Origin: a virus | Taxonomy: Duplodnaviria; Caudoviricetes | DNA: 33,267 nucleotides | Virus record (IMG/VR): IMGVR_UViG_3300011337_000295 | Location: 1 to 33,267 of that record | Reading direction: 5' to 3' (one strand) | Part shown: positions 33,168 to 33,267 of the stretch, piece by piece | Layout: each line of letters opens with the position of its first letter | Position numbering within the stretch: position 1 is the first letter of the stretch | Notes under the pieces: generated by a model | Told to the model about the DNA's origin: nothing | Seen by the model: only the letters and a program-made list of their open reading frames with translations | Database searches by the model: none | Made by a program: the position numbers and the translations under genes

Positions 33168-33267
33168 TAATCTACCGCCATGTTGAACGCGATCTTCTCG
33201 GTCTCTTTGACCCGCCGTGACCATCCTTTACCAAAGGTATCCCATGTTGGCAAACCTTGGAGGAAAG
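32971..33267. repeat. Right copy of terminal direct repeat, including the duplicated 3' end of the endolysin gene (33167-33267)
   Basis: Aligns to 1-297 at a constant offset of 32970. Confidence 0.95.

Noticed and set aside
33168-33224. N-terminal extension of the phosphoesterase given by the ORF track (start 33224)
   Set aside because: It lies inside the duplicated endolysin 3' end; the TAATG-coupled ATG at 33167 is the better start.
1-33267. Prophage boundaries, tRNA genes, host genes
   Set aside because: No att-like flanks, integrase, cloverleaf or housekeeping genes were seen by eye; tRNAscan-SE would be needed to exclude tRNAs formally.

Overview
The window is an essentially complete, circularly assembled tailed-phage genome of about 32,970 bp, since 1-297 aligns with 32971-33267. 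It has a short-tailed, podovirus-type virion module and probably infects an alphaproteobacterium (inferred from gene families only). One long minus-strand late module runs from 22867 down to 197 and across the junction to 32235. Its order is terS, terL, GNAT, small basic proteins, portal, scaffold, major capsid, tail adaptor and nozzle, four ejection proteins, a segmented tail-fibre cassette, holin-like genes, a GH108 endolysin and a metallophosphoesterase. The early half holds an AT-rich plus-strand island with a GP88-like protein, and a minus-strand lambdoid-style replication operon (wHTH, Cro-like, RusA, DnaA-domain-IV protein, DUF1376 initiator, loader-like protein, SSB-like protein). A divergent plus-strand operon starts with an ERF annealing protein and DUF6378 and ends in an array of about 10 short genes. 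I found no DNA or RNA polymerase, integrase, tRNA or CRISPR array. The most notable observations are: (1) the micro-gene array joined by a repeated RBS/stop/start linker (AAGGAGAAAGAGTGATG) with shared internal homology blocks, downstream of a recombinase; (2) a candidate antisense RNA of about 70 nt opposite the initiator leader; (3) a single in-frame amber codon in the largest ejection gene; (4) tandem DnaA boxes just upstream of a DnaA-domain gene; (5) two diverged alleles of one gene at the contig ends. All family calls come from motif recognition by eye, not from database searches.
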